Positions 9,701 to 21,954 of a stretch of 64,000 nucleotides of DNA are shown piece after piece. Source of the stretch: Eledone cirrhosa (taxonomy: Eukaryota). The position numbers and the translations under genes are program-made. Numbering within the stretch: position 1 is the first letter of the stretch; every line of letters starts with the position of its first letter. Where the stretch lies: positions 14,756,001 to 14,820,000 of the forward strand of contig OZ024757.1 of NCBI GenBank assembly GCA_964016885.1, in the 5' to 3' direction. Below the pieces are notes generated by a model. The model was not told the origin of the DNA. It made no database searches and saw only the letters and a program-made list of their open reading frames with translations.

Positions 9701-10419
9701 GTGGGGGATATTATTATATTGCCAGAAATAATAAAACTCACTTTTCACTTCCATATATTTTATATCTATCCCTATAGTTAATTTAACTAGCAATCAATGT
9801 TTTATTGATTGACCAAGAGTTATATATATAGTTCCCCAGAGTTCTTTCGTTATACACCTGTGACATCAGTGATACTATTGTTTCTTCCTGTTGTGTTGTA
9901 ATGATGGTACAACAACTAATCAAAGGCCCTAAGAAAGATTAAAGTGGTAGAAAAGCCAGGATCTACTATAAAATCCATGATCAGTAAACCTTAACCCTTT
10001 AAGAAAACCCAAATTAGGGAAGCAACTGAAATAGAACCAAGAAAACCGAAGTAAAACAGAAAACCTGAATGGAACAACAACAACCATACAAATACACTCT
10101 AATGACCAAAGATGGAATACAAACACGAACACACACCAAACAGAAAACGCGCATAGAAGCACATTCGGAAATCGAGACAAATAAATAAACAATTGAATAA
10201 GTAAACATTACAATAATATCACTGATGATGTCACAGGTGTCTCATGAAAGAACTCAGACTATATATATATATATAAAAACAGTTGGTCAATCAATGATAA
10301 ACATTGATTGCCAGCTAAATTAACTATTGGGATGTAGAATATACGGAAGCGAAAACCAACCCAACCCAAACTGTATTATTATATATTTCTGGCAATATTA
10401 TAACAATATGACCCTCCCC
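9698..10419. mobile_element. ~720 bp MITE-like element with ~190-210 bp diverged terminal inverted repeats
   Basis: 9698-9880 is the inverse of ~10210-10419 (e.g. CACCTGTGACATCA / TGATGTCACAGGTG; TTGCCAGAAAT / ATTTCTGGCAA). Confidence 0.7.
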
Positions 10420-10749
10420 AAATATAATTTGTTTCGACATACGATTTCATATAAAAAATACGTTGCAAACAAATTAGTTCGGATCGAGCTGTCGAAAAGC
10501 TGGAGCTCAGCCGTCGGGGTCCTGACTTTTCCTTATATACATATATACACACACACAGCAACGTGTGTTTATAGTAGTGGGGAAATATACAAATAACACA
10601 CACACTGTCGTTGTGCGTGCTACCTGCTTCTGTGTTTTTTTGTTTTTTTTCCCTTTCCCTTTCCTTTATATTATATTATATTTGTTTGTGCTTTCGTTCT
10701 GTAAATATTCTATTATATTTCTTTTTATAAGAAATATAATACAATTTTA

Positions 10750-10830
10750 AGGGCAGTAGATTGGCAGTATCAGTATAGAGTCGGACACCATGCTTTGCAG
10801 CATAGAGTCACGTCCCTTTACGCTCTAAGC
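10750..10830 (+). mobile_element. SINE 5' fragment
   Basis: GGGCAGTAGATTGGCAG..GTCGGACACCAT..ATAGAGTCACG matches the head of the SINE at 11919. Confidence 0.6.
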
Positions 10831-11918
10831 ATTGAGCACACCTCGCTTCGGCTGTTGGCGTCTAGTATACTGTATCACACTTTTTTGTCTCTCCTCTTTT
10901 CTTATGATACATATCTTCTCTTTAATATATACATATATATATATGCACACATACATGCATAAACACTTCTATGCAAATACTCATACATATATATTAAAAA
11001 CACACATCATATACCAGCATAATAACGATTGACAAACCATCAGGATACATGCTTGCTCGTGTGAAAACCGAACTTGCTACGCTACGTACACTGACGGAAG
11101 CATATGTACATAAACACACAAACAGAACTGGTATGACTTACATCAAAGATTTTGTTCCACTATTGAACCATTCAAGGTAGTTAGAACGAACTACCAGTGT
11201 AGTACTGGGGTCAATTCTTCTTCTATATCTCTTTCTTAATTCCTTTCTCTCACCCTATATCCGTCTCTGGAAAACATAACCTATCTGGAGTAGAGATCGG
11301 ATCTGTCACCTTATACAAAATGCCCCGAACACCCCGAATGTCAATGCGGGACCTCTACAACTCCCTCACAAGTTATAGGTCCCTACATACATACATAGAA
11401 ACATCAGAGATATCCTTTATATCTTTCACTCGATAATGCTAGACAAGTATTCCGTGAGTCAGAAAGGAATATTTGCGATATGACGGGAGAACCTCTCTGA
11501 ATAAATATTACATAATTCAGAGGCTACGTAAAGCAGGCAGCGACATCATCGAAGACCAGAGATGCCATGTGGAAATGGACATAACACACATAGGGTTACC
11601 TTATAATCATAGACATTTGGGCTTATGAACACATATATATTTAAATATATACGGGTGCATAGGTGTACGGAGTTCTCATGTCGCCCCTAATGATTCCGCC
11701 AGATGTCCCGTCACACATCTCTACATCTTCCATGAAATGTTGATTAGTAAACAAACCGTGTATCTCGCATGTAAGAGGGAAAGCCATAGCAAGTGTTGAG
11801 GATAAGAGACGTGTGGAATTAATAATAATAATATTGTTTTAATTATTAATAGTAGTAGTTGTCACAATAAAGTGAGGAGGACAACGTTATTATAAATACT
11901 TATACTAATGTTGTTTGG

Positions 11919-12100
11919 AGGGCGGTGGATTGGCAGAGGGTCGGACGCCATTCTTTGACGTATAGAGTTACGGCCCTTGCCATTATGAGTTCAAATCCCG
12001 CCGAGGTTAACTTTGCCTTTCATCCTTACAGGGTCGATAAAATAAAGTACCAGTAATGCACTGGGTAATTGCTGGCCTTGTGCCAAACGTAGAAACCATT
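11919..12100 (+). mobile_element. tRNA-derived SINE (octopus-type)
   Basis: GGCGGTGGATTGGCAGA..GAGTTCAAATCCCGCCGAGGTTAACTTTGCCTTTCATCC..GGTCGATAAAATAAAGTACCAGT..GGCCTTGTGCCAAA with (ATT)n tail; absent from the beta paralog. Confidence 0.85.
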
Positions 12101-12584
12101 ATTATAAATACTCATATACACACAAGCTTAAACAGGTATACATGCGTACGCTTATCTAGACACATACGTACATAAACGTTTATAAATAAAAGCCAAAGAT
12201 AAGAAGAACATAGCTTACCATATCGAATTTGGAAGGATGCACACGACGTTGAGTGCTTCAATATGGTCCCATCATCATTTGCTGATACGATTATTGCATA
12301 CACAACACAAGTTTAAAGAGCTATCTGTTTAGAAACCATCAAGCCAGGCCACCATCTATACACTGAGGTATGACAATTGAAGGACATCACCGCAAATCAG
12401 GTGGTTGTAACATCAAATCAAACCTAAAGAGATAAAAATAAGAGTCATGATATATTTTCTGAAAACTACAGAATAGTAAAAGATATGTCGACACTTTTGC
12501 GGTATTAATAAGACTGAGAAAGGTATGAACGCCACCACGTCAATTAAGCTTCGAAAATAGAAAGTAGGTTTATATATATATTAA

Positions 12585-13560
12585 TTTTCATTTTCTTCCC
12601 CAATTCTGTATTTTGAAGTCCTTTCATTATTTTAAATATTTCTATCATGTCACTCGTTTGATTAATCTCCTCCAAAGTTGTAATTCTAAGTGTTTGTCCC
12701 TGGTATAGTGAACTAATGTTGATATTTTCAAGTCTTGGCATTTATATGGAATAGTGTACTAATATTTAAATTGTCTTCATCTTTTTATCCTGTCTCCCCT
12801 AAGATTTATCTCCTCTAAATTTACAAAAGCTTCTCATTTCTTTCACAAGATAGATCTTTAAATAATTATATTGTTTTCTGTTTTCTTCTTCTCTGGGTTG
12901 CTTCAAGAGCCTCACCATTTGTTCGGATGTCGGTTGATCATGGCCCAAAACAATATTCTCAGTGGTATCACATATTCCTGTAGAGTTTTAGATTTTTCAG
13001 CATTTAGTTAGGAAAAAGAATGTTTTATTATTTCTATTATCCGTCTCGCTGTTTTATTTCTACATGGTTAGCCATCTTTCAATTCATATTCATACATATT
13101 CACAATTCTTCTGTGAGGGTATAAGCTCGTTATTTGCTCAACATTCGATACCAAAACATGCTTCCTATTCATAACTTCGTTGTACGAATATAATAATTAA
13201 AGTATATATACAAGCCATCTGTATATATATATATATATATATATATAGCTGCTTATTAACTCTTTCCCGAAACATATCTTCAAAATAAGCTAAGACATAT
13301 CCCGAAATATATTATAAGGTGTCTCAATAATTATTCCATTTCAATCAATTTCTCATTTTAGTTTTCTTTAGAAATATCTTGGCATTGAAGATTTGTCCTT
13401 CTCATAGTAATTAGCTTGTCTCAAAATTGTTCGTAGTGTTTCATGTTTCGTGTCAAAAACTATCGTTAATTCAAGATTTTGCTCTAATGTAATAAATGTT
13501 ACTTTTAAAAGAGTGAAGCTCTCAATTTTTTCTTTCTCTTGTATATTGATATCCAAAGAA
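12585..13560 (-). mobile_element. Degenerate CR1-like LINE ORF2 remnant
   Basis: Minus-strand peptides KTARRIIEIIKHSFS, EYCFGP*STDIRTNGEALEATQRR and ITTLEEINQTSDMIEIFKIMKG follow the order of CR1 post-RT motifs; many frameshifts and stops. Confidence 0.7.
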
Positions 13561-14130
13561 TGACAAATGTATGTGTTAGGAGAAAAAACCCACAGCCAAA
13601 AAACCCATATCCAAACAATGACAAATGTATGTGTTATGCGGTAGGAGGAAAAAACAACGACCTTCTTCCGTCGCTCTAGAAGGCTAACTAACAATATCGT
13701 TCGTAGGAGTGACAAGTACTCGACAACTGAGCACACCTCTTACTGCCTTTTATATACCATGTTAACTGGACAGACTTGCCAAGTATGGATACACTCTCAC
13801 CTTATCAATATTGTCCGAGTCCGAGGACATTTTTCTCTCTGGTTAAGGAGTGAGATAAAATATTAGGGATCAATGTCTAGCAATAATTTAATTAAATTAT
13901 ATTTAACCAAAGCTGTTATGTCGTGTTTGTTGTTATATTTTATAGTCGTGGTTTCAATGTTTATCAGTGGTTGTAGAATTAGTTTTATCTAATTATTATC
14001 AAACAAAAATGATGTATATATTGTCGTTGTACGTTGAAATCACATATATACATTTATATACACACCAAGGATGGAGGGAAGACAGAATTGAAAACCATTA
14101 TTGCTGAGCACAACATTGCAGGATCAAATC

Positions 14131-14215
<85 letters not shown>

Positions 14216-14456
14216 GGATAATCAGGTATGTCCATTTATGAACGCCACTGCAGATCATCAGGTCGTAGGATGAAACCAACCCTACAGAAATGATAAACCA
14301 TATGAAGGTATATTTTATGAAAGCTCGTGAAGAATGAAAGTGAACCATTTTGAATTGTTAATATCATTGGGAAAGCCATGAAGGCCACTACATCAATTTT
14401 TCTTTTAAATAGAAAGTAGGTTTATAAATATTAATTTTGATAGTATTTTTGTAGCA

Positions 14457-14551
14457 GTCTCAGTAGCCTATTGGTAGGTGTTGAGACAGTGGTGATGCTG
14501 GTCTGGGGTTCAATCTCAGTCAGGAATCTCTCGAAAGATTTAATTTTTTTT
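14457..14551 (+). ncRNA. tRNA-like Pol III-type unit E1
   Basis: TATAAATA 14423-14430; A box TAGCCTATTGG at +8; B-box-like GGTTCAATCTC; D stem GCCT/AGGT; hairpin CTGGG/CTCAG; T-run ending ~14551. Confidence 0.5.
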
Positions 14552-14570
14552 AATTTTTCATAAAATGAAC

Positions 14571-14660
14571 AAAATATAGCGGTTGCAGGAATCTGACTGA
14601 GATCGAACACCAGACCAGGATCTGCACCCCTTCTAATACTTACCACTAGTCCACGGAGAC
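14571..14660 (-). ncRNA. tRNA-like Pol III-type unit E2
   Basis: TATAAATA 14693-14686; GTCTCCG-TGGACTAGTGG..GTGTTCGATCTCAGTCAG; TTTT at 14574-14571. Confidence 0.5.
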
Positions 14661-14716
14661 GTTATAAAAACTCACTGAAAATTAATATTTATAAACCTAC
14701 TTTTTCAATTTTTTAT

Positions 14717-14822
14717 AAAAACAAGATTTCTGTACAAGGATTTTAGTGTAGACCTGACAGAGATTGAACCCTCTAACCAGTATCACCCCTGTCTCTAATA
14801 TCTACCACTAGACTACTGAGAC
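14717..14822 (-). ncRNA. tRNA-like Pol III-type unit E3
   Basis: TATAAATA 14856-14849; GTCTCAG-TAGTCTAGTGG..GGGTTCAATCTCTGTCAGG; D stem GTCT/AGAT; T5 at 14721-14717. Confidence 0.5.
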
Positions 14823-14897
14823 TGTTACGAAATCAGAGTGAAAATTAATATTTATAAACTTACTTTTTAATGGTTTTTATTTTAGAAGAGGTAAACT

Positions 14898-14992
14898 AAA
14901 AATAATAATCCCCATAGTGTAGAACCTGAAAGCGACTGAACTCTAGACCAGGATTTCACAGTCTCTAATACATACCACTGGGCCAGAGAGAA
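14898..14992 (-). pseudogene. tRNA-like Pol III-type unit E4 (more decayed)
   Basis: CATAAATA upstream; A box TGGCCCAGTGG at +8; GAGTTCAGTCGC; T5 at 14902-14898. Confidence 0.4.
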
Positions 14993-16537
14993 TGTACGAA
15001 TTCGTTCTGAAAATTAATATTTATGAAACTACATTTTGTTCGGAAGTAATTCAAATAAACTATTGTTTCAGACGATCCCGTAACAAGTTGAAAGCAGCGA
15101 TTCTTTGCTTAAACTTTAATTTGTACTCATAATAAATAAATAAACATATATATTTATGTGTGTATACATATATATGCGTTGCTCTGATGCTATTTCTAGC
15201 AAATTTATTGTTTTTTATGAAAAATACAGAAACCGGAACTGAAAAGATTTAAACATCTTTGGTCAAAATTCAGGCGAACTTTTTTAAACAAAAGGATTTT
15301 TTTTGTAAACAAACTTGAAATTTTTGCCAAGAAACATAACTCTTGCCTGACTTAAACGCAAAAATTGATGCAAAAATTTTGCGTGTGTGCAAATTATAGG
15401 GACTGTACGAATTCATTGTGACAATTAATATTTATAAAACTACATTTTGTTCGGTTGAAAACTCGATGTAGTGGCGTTCATGGCTTTGTCGGGACGTCCT
15501 TGAATTCATCCCCCGAAGGGAATTCATAAAGTAAATCTAGACTTTATTTCTCATTGCTCTAGGCTTGATTTGAACCTACAACGACTCCGTCTGCAATAAT
15601 GTCATACGTCATTCCAGCTTAGTAGGTCGTGCCCGTAAATTGGTAAACGTAATTCCTATACATACATGCAAGTAAGATTTGAACCGACAATGCTGTGCTT
15701 AATTTCTATTAATAAGTGTGTTTTATAAAAGAAAGTAAAGAAACAATTTAATGAAAGTAACAAATTTATTTTATTCAGTAATGTTTTTTTTAATTTTATT
15801 TATTCACTTCATTGACTGCTGAATAGTTCTCTTGTTTTTGTTTGTTCTAACATTGTTTACTGTAAATGTTGACTGTGACGAGACTGGATTATTACCAAGT
15901 TTTACTGGATGATGGCATTTCCTTATTGTATTATTTTGTTGTCAGTCGACATCTGGACATCTCTCTGAATACCTGGAATAAACATAAGGTGTGTCTTTTA
16001 CGTAACATTTCATTTAATATCTGATATTCCAATGGATCACTTTTAAAATAAAACCAATACACAGGACAGGTAGACTACATCAAAAGAGACCAGAGATGAG
16101 GTACGAATAATCTAAAATTAATTTTAAAAAAAAGACAATGTTTAAAGAAAGACAAACATTAAAAAAGGATTTCCAACAAACACGTAAAGATAAAGACAAT
16201 CACATCCACAATTTAATATCTGGAGATCAACATTTTTCACGGTATAGATAAAACTAAATATGTAAAGTTAAGTGACCTCTCATTTATTTGCTCTAACTTT
16301 ATTTTACTAATCTGTATTCTGTAGACATATATTTTCGTTGGTGTACATTACGATTTCGTTGATGAAAGTTTTCACTCATCTTTAGATCTTTATTTCTTAT
16401 AATACTCACCTCTTCCTATTATATTTTCATATATACATATATATATTTACTTTTACCTGGAGTTTCGACCGATAGATAGTATTAGCAATTGGAAAGACCA
16501 ATGGAGATATTGTTTCCTCGCTCCGATTTGACGAATG

Positions 16538-16571
<34 letters not shown>

Positions 16572-17317
16572 CTCACTTCTATGTAAATATACATACATAT
16601 ATATTAAAAACACATACCATATACCATCATAATAACGATTGACTAACCATCAGGACACATACTTGCTCATGTGAGAATTTTCACAGAGACACTTACGAAA
16701 ACCGAACTTGCAACGCCACGTACACTTACATACACATATATGTACATACACACATACGTACATACACATATAGAACAGGTATGACTTATATAGGTACATC
16801 AAAGTTTGGGTTTCGCTATTGTACCATTTGAGGTAGTTAGAAAGAAGTACCAGTGTAGTACTGGAGGTCGATTCTTCTATATCTCTTTCTCAATTCCTTT
16901 CTCTCACTCTCTATCATTCTCTGTAAGACATCTGTGACCAGATCTGGGGTGGAGATTGGATCTGTCAACTTTTACAAAATACCCGAGACTCCCTCACAAG
17001 TTATAGGTCCCTACCTACATATATGACAGATTCTTTATTTAGATCTCTTTTACTCGATGATGCAAGACAAGTTTTCAGTGAGTCAGAAAGGAATATTTGT
17101 GATATGAAGGGAGAACCTCTCTGAATAAATATTAGATAGTTAAGATGCTACGTAAAGAAGGCGGTGACAACATCGAGTATCACAGATGCCATGTGGAAAT
17201 AGACATCGACATATATATACAAAGATAGGGGACCTTATCAGCATAGACAGTTGGGCTTATGAACACACACACACATATTTATATACATACATATATATAC
17301 ATATTTATATATATATG

Positions 17318-17505
17318 TGGCTTCTGCAGGACTAGAACTGTTTCATTCGGAAGAAATCAAGGGCTTTCCTGGTGATTTCTTCCGAATGAAACAGTTCTAG
17401 TCCTGTAGAAGCCATTTCTATATTAAATATTATTTATTAAGTATTTATATTCTGCTATGTAATGAGTACCTTACTTACTGTGGTTACCGCCGATTGAACC
17501 CGGGA
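17318..17505. mobile_element. Penelope-like hairpin element; hammerhead core mutated (CTGGTGA)
   Basis: GGCTTCTGCAGGACTAGAACTGTTTCATTCGGAAGAAATCA / TGATTTCTTCCGAATGAAACAGTTCTAGTCCTGTAGAAGCC. Confidence 0.6.
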
Positions 17506-17507
17506 TA

Positions 17508-17549
<42 letters not shown>

Positions 17550-19074
17550 CGAGTGCACAGGTATTTGGTGTCCTCAAGTTAACACTAAGGATTCCGCCCG
17601 ATGTCCCGTCACGCATTACTACATCTTCGAGTAAATGTTGATTAGTAAACAAACCGTGTATCTGACATGTAAGAGGGAAAGCCATAGCAAGTGTTGAGGA
17701 TAAGAGACGTGAAAATAATAATAATAATAATAATAGTGTTAAAATTATTAATAGTAGTAGTTGTAATGATAAAGTGAGGGGGACAATGTTATTATAAATA
17801 CTTATGTACACACAAGCTTACACATATCTACACACGTACATACATAAACATTTATAAATAAAAGACTAAGCTGATAAAAAGAACATATATTACCGTATGA
17901 GTTTGGAACGATACACATGACGTTGAGTTCTTGAATCTGATCCCAAAAAGCTGCAAAAAATTAGTAAAACCCCCTTATTTTATATAGATCCTGGTCAAGA
18001 TCGAAACCCAGACCAGGATATCCACCGTCTCTCGCTACAGAGACAGCTTCAAAATAATATTAAAAATTAATATTTATAAACTTACTTTTTATTTTGGAAG
18101 ATTAATTGAAGTGTTGCTGTTATTAGAAAGGGTCGACTTTGTCTTTCATAATTCAGGGGCTTTCATGAAGTAAATATTCATTTTATTTCTTAATGCCCTA
18201 GTGTTGATTTGAACCTACAATGACTTCGTCTGCAATAATGTTCACTAATTTAAAATCTGTCATACGTAAATCCTGTGTGCGACTTAGAAATAAATTGTGA
18301 AATGTCACTTTTAAATATTTACCAATGTAAGATTGGAACCTACAGTGATGTGCTTTGCAGTAATGTCCCGCAACTCCAACTAGATTGCGCTAAGCTTATA
18401 TATTTCTTTCGTCCGAGCAACATAATGGTTTCGATCCCAGTTCGCTACTGGTACAAGAAATAATTTAAAGAAATTCTATATCCCCAGCTAAATATTGAAT
18501 TCCTAATGACATTTTATGTGCATATCTAAACCCTGAACACACATATTTATAACTCAATTCCTAATTTTTAAATGATATTACACGACCTTTGTGTTCTCGG
18601 TGTAAATCCTGTCGATAATTTACAATTTTAGAGCAGCAAAATAGAGTACCAGTCATTTTATGGGTTCAATTTAATCGATCGGCTTCTCCCCGTCCATCAC
18701 TTGACATTTGCCAAACAAAGACACACAAATAGTGTATATATATATATATATATATATGATACGACAAATTTGAAATAAATTACGTGTTTAATTAAGAAAA
18801 AGAATTATTGAAAATAAGAAATTATAATTATTTAGTAATAATATTTTTATTGTTTGTTTTCACTGCATTAACTGCCGAGTGTGACTTTTATTTTTCTTAC
18901 TATGTTCTACTGTAAATGGCGGCTGAGATGTTATTGGATTATTACTAAGGTTTACTGGATGATGGCGTTTCCTTATTGCATTATTTTACAAACAGTGGAC
19001 ATCGGAACCTCTCTATATACCTGGGATAAATGTAAGGAGCATTGTTATTTTATATATAGTACAATGGTCATCTC

Positions 19075-19870
19075 TTCTTATATTTACATTTTCTCCAATT
19101 CTGTATTTTGAATATTTCTATCATGTCACTCGTGTGATTAATCTCCTCCAAAGTTGTAATTCTCAGTGTTTGTCCTTGGTATAGTGAACTAATTTTGATA
19201 TACTCTTTATAATTTTATCCTGTCTCCCCTAAGATTTATCTCCTCTTAATTTACAAAAGTTTTTCATCTTCCTTCGCAAGTCAGATCCCTAAATAATTCT
19301 AGTGTCTTCTGTTTTCTTCTTCTCTGGGTTGCTTCAAGAGCCTCACCGTTTTTTGGGATGTCGGTTGACCATGGCCCAAAACAATATTCTCAGAGGAATC
19401 ACACATATTCATGTAGAGTTTTAGATTTTTCAGCATTTAGTTAGGAAAAAGAGTGTAAAATAAGCTCGTTATTTGCTCAACATTCGATACCAAAACATGC
19501 TTCCTGTTCATAACTTCGTTGTACGAATATAATAATTAAAGTATATATTCAAGCCATATATATATATATATATATATATATAGCTGCTTATTAACTCTTT
19601 CCCGAAACATTTATTTCTTAAAAAAAATATAAGATGTCTCAATAATTATTCCATTTCAATCACTTTCTCATTTCAGTTTTCTTTAGAAATGTCTTGGCGT
19701 TGAAGATACATACATTTGTCCTTCTCATAGTAATTAGCTTGTCTCAAAATTGTTCGTATTGTTTCCATGTTTACTGTCACAAACTATCGTTAATTCAAGA
19801 TTTTGCTCTAATGTAATAAATGCTACTTTTAAAAGACTGAAGCTCTCAATTGTTTCTTTCTCTTGTATAT
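19075..19870 (-). mobile_element. CR1-like remnant (beta paralog)
   Basis: Colinear homology with 12585-13560. Confidence 0.65.
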
Positions 19871-20460
19871 TGATATCTAAACAATGACAAATGTATGTGT
19901 TATGTGGTAGGAGAAAAAACTGACAGCCTTCTTCCCTCGCTCTAGAAGGCTAACTGTCAATGCCGTTCGTAGGAGTGACAAGTACTCGACAAGAGTGAAC
20001 ATCACATGTTTAGTAATGGTCACCTCTTACTGCCTTTTATATATGATGTTAACTGGAAAGACTTGTCAAGTATGGATACACTCTCTCCTTATCAATATTG
20101 TCCGAGTCCGAGGACATTTTCTCCCTGGTTAAGGAGTGAGATAAAATATTAGGGATCAATCTCTAGCAATAATTTAATTAAATTATAGTTAACCAAAACT
20201 GTTATGTCGTGTTTGTTGTTAGATTTTATAGTCGTGGTTTCAATGTTTATCAGTGGTTGTAGAATTAGTTTTATCTAATTATTATCAAACAAAAATGATG
20301 TATATATTGTCGTTGTACGTTGAAATCACATATATACACACCAATGATAGAATTGAAAACCATTGCAGGATCAAATCTAACACACATATATATATATAAT
20401 AATCTCAGTCAGGAATCTCTCGAGAAATTTAATTTTTTTTAATTTTTCATAAAATGAAAT

Positions 20461-20549
20461 AAAAAGAGCGATTGCAGGAATCTGACTAAGATCGAACCCC
20501 AGACCAGGATCACCACCACCTCTAATACTTACCACTAGTCCACAGAGAC
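20461..20549 (-). pseudogene. tRNA-like unit, E2 paralog lacking the upstream TATA block
   Basis: GTCTCTG-TGGACTAGTGG..CTGGGGTTCGATCTTAGTCAG..TTTTT. Confidence 0.45.
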
Positions 20550-20945
20550 GATTATAAAAACAAATTTCTGTAGAACCTGATAGAGATTGAACCCGTAACC
20601 AGTATCACCACTGTCTTCAAATATACCTAACTGTACAATGGATTTCATACATTTTCCAATATATATATGCTTATATACTTATATTTACTTCTACCTGGAG
20701 TTTCGACCGATAGATAGTATTAGCAATTGGAAAGAATATTTCAGAAAGGAATATTTGTGATATGAAGGGAGAACTTCTCTGAATAAATGTTAGATAGTTA
20801 AGATGCTACGTAAAGCAGGCGGTGACAACATCGAGTACCAGAGATGCCATGTGGAAATAGACATCGACATATATATACAAAGATAGGGGGACCTTATCAT
20901 CATAGACACTTGGGCTTATGAACACACATGTGTGTGTGTGTGCGG

Positions 20946-21105
20946 CTGGCTTCTGCAGGACTAGAACGGTTTCATTCGGAAGAAATCAAGGGCTTTCCTG
21001 ATGGTTTTTTCCGAATGAAACAGTTCTAGCCCCGTAGAAGACATTTCTATATGAAATATTTATACTCTGATATATATTGAGTACCTTACTTACTGTGGCT
21101 TTCAT
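20946..21105. mobile_element. Penelope-like hairpin element; hammerhead core mutated (CTGATGG)
   Basis: Homologous to 17318-17505. Confidence 0.55.
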
Positions 21106-21954
21106 GCCTTTCTTAGTGTTGCTGTTACTAGAAAGGGTCGACTTTGTCTTTCAGGAAGTAAATATTCATTTTATTTCTTAACGCGTTGATTTGAACCTAC
21201 CATGACTTCGTCTGCAATAATGTTCACTAATTTCAAATCTGCCATACCTAAATCCTGTGTGCGACTTACAAATAAATTGTTAAACATCACTTTTATCAAT
21301 GTAAGATTGGAACCTACAGTGATGTCCTGTAACGCCAACTAGATTGCGCTAAGCTTGTATATTTCTTTCGTCCGAATAACAATGGTTTCGATCCCAGTTC
21401 GCTACTGGTACAAGAAATAATTTAAAGAAATCCTATATCCCCAGCTAAATATTGAATTCCTAACGACATTTTATGTTACTTAATACCAATAACCCCGTTA
21501 TACACTGAATATCTAAGCCCTGAACACACATATTTATAACTCAATTTCTAAATGATATTACACCACCTTTGTGTTCTCGGTGGATATTAATTTACAAGTT
21601 TATAGGTTCCATTTAATCGATCGGCTTCTCCCCATCAATCACTTGACATTTGCCAAACAGTATACGACAAATTTGAAATAAATTAGGTGTTTAATTAAGA
21701 AAAAGAATTATTGAAAGTAAGAAATTATAATTATTTAGTAATAATATTTTGTTTGTTTTCACTGCATTTACTGCTGAGTGTGACTTATTTTTTTACTGTA
21801 AATGGCGGCTGCCACGATATTGGATTATTATTAAGGTTTACTGGATGACGGCGTTTCCATAGTGTATTATTTTACAAACAGTGGATAACTTTCTAAATAC
21901 CTGGAATAAATGTAAGAAACTTTTTTTTGTATTTTTTCATCCTCAGAACAAAGG

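Noticed and set aside
13368-13736. 122-aa minus-strand ORF
   Set aside because: Overlaps the decayed CR1-like region and is disrupted by indels in the beta paralog.
14630-14650. U1 snRNA 5' end (ATACTTACC)
   Set aside because: The following sequence is not U1; it is the antisense of the GGTAAGTAT segment of unit E2.
14457-14992. Bona fide tRNA genes
   Set aside because: Acceptor and anticodon stems do not pair, so no anticodon can be assigned.
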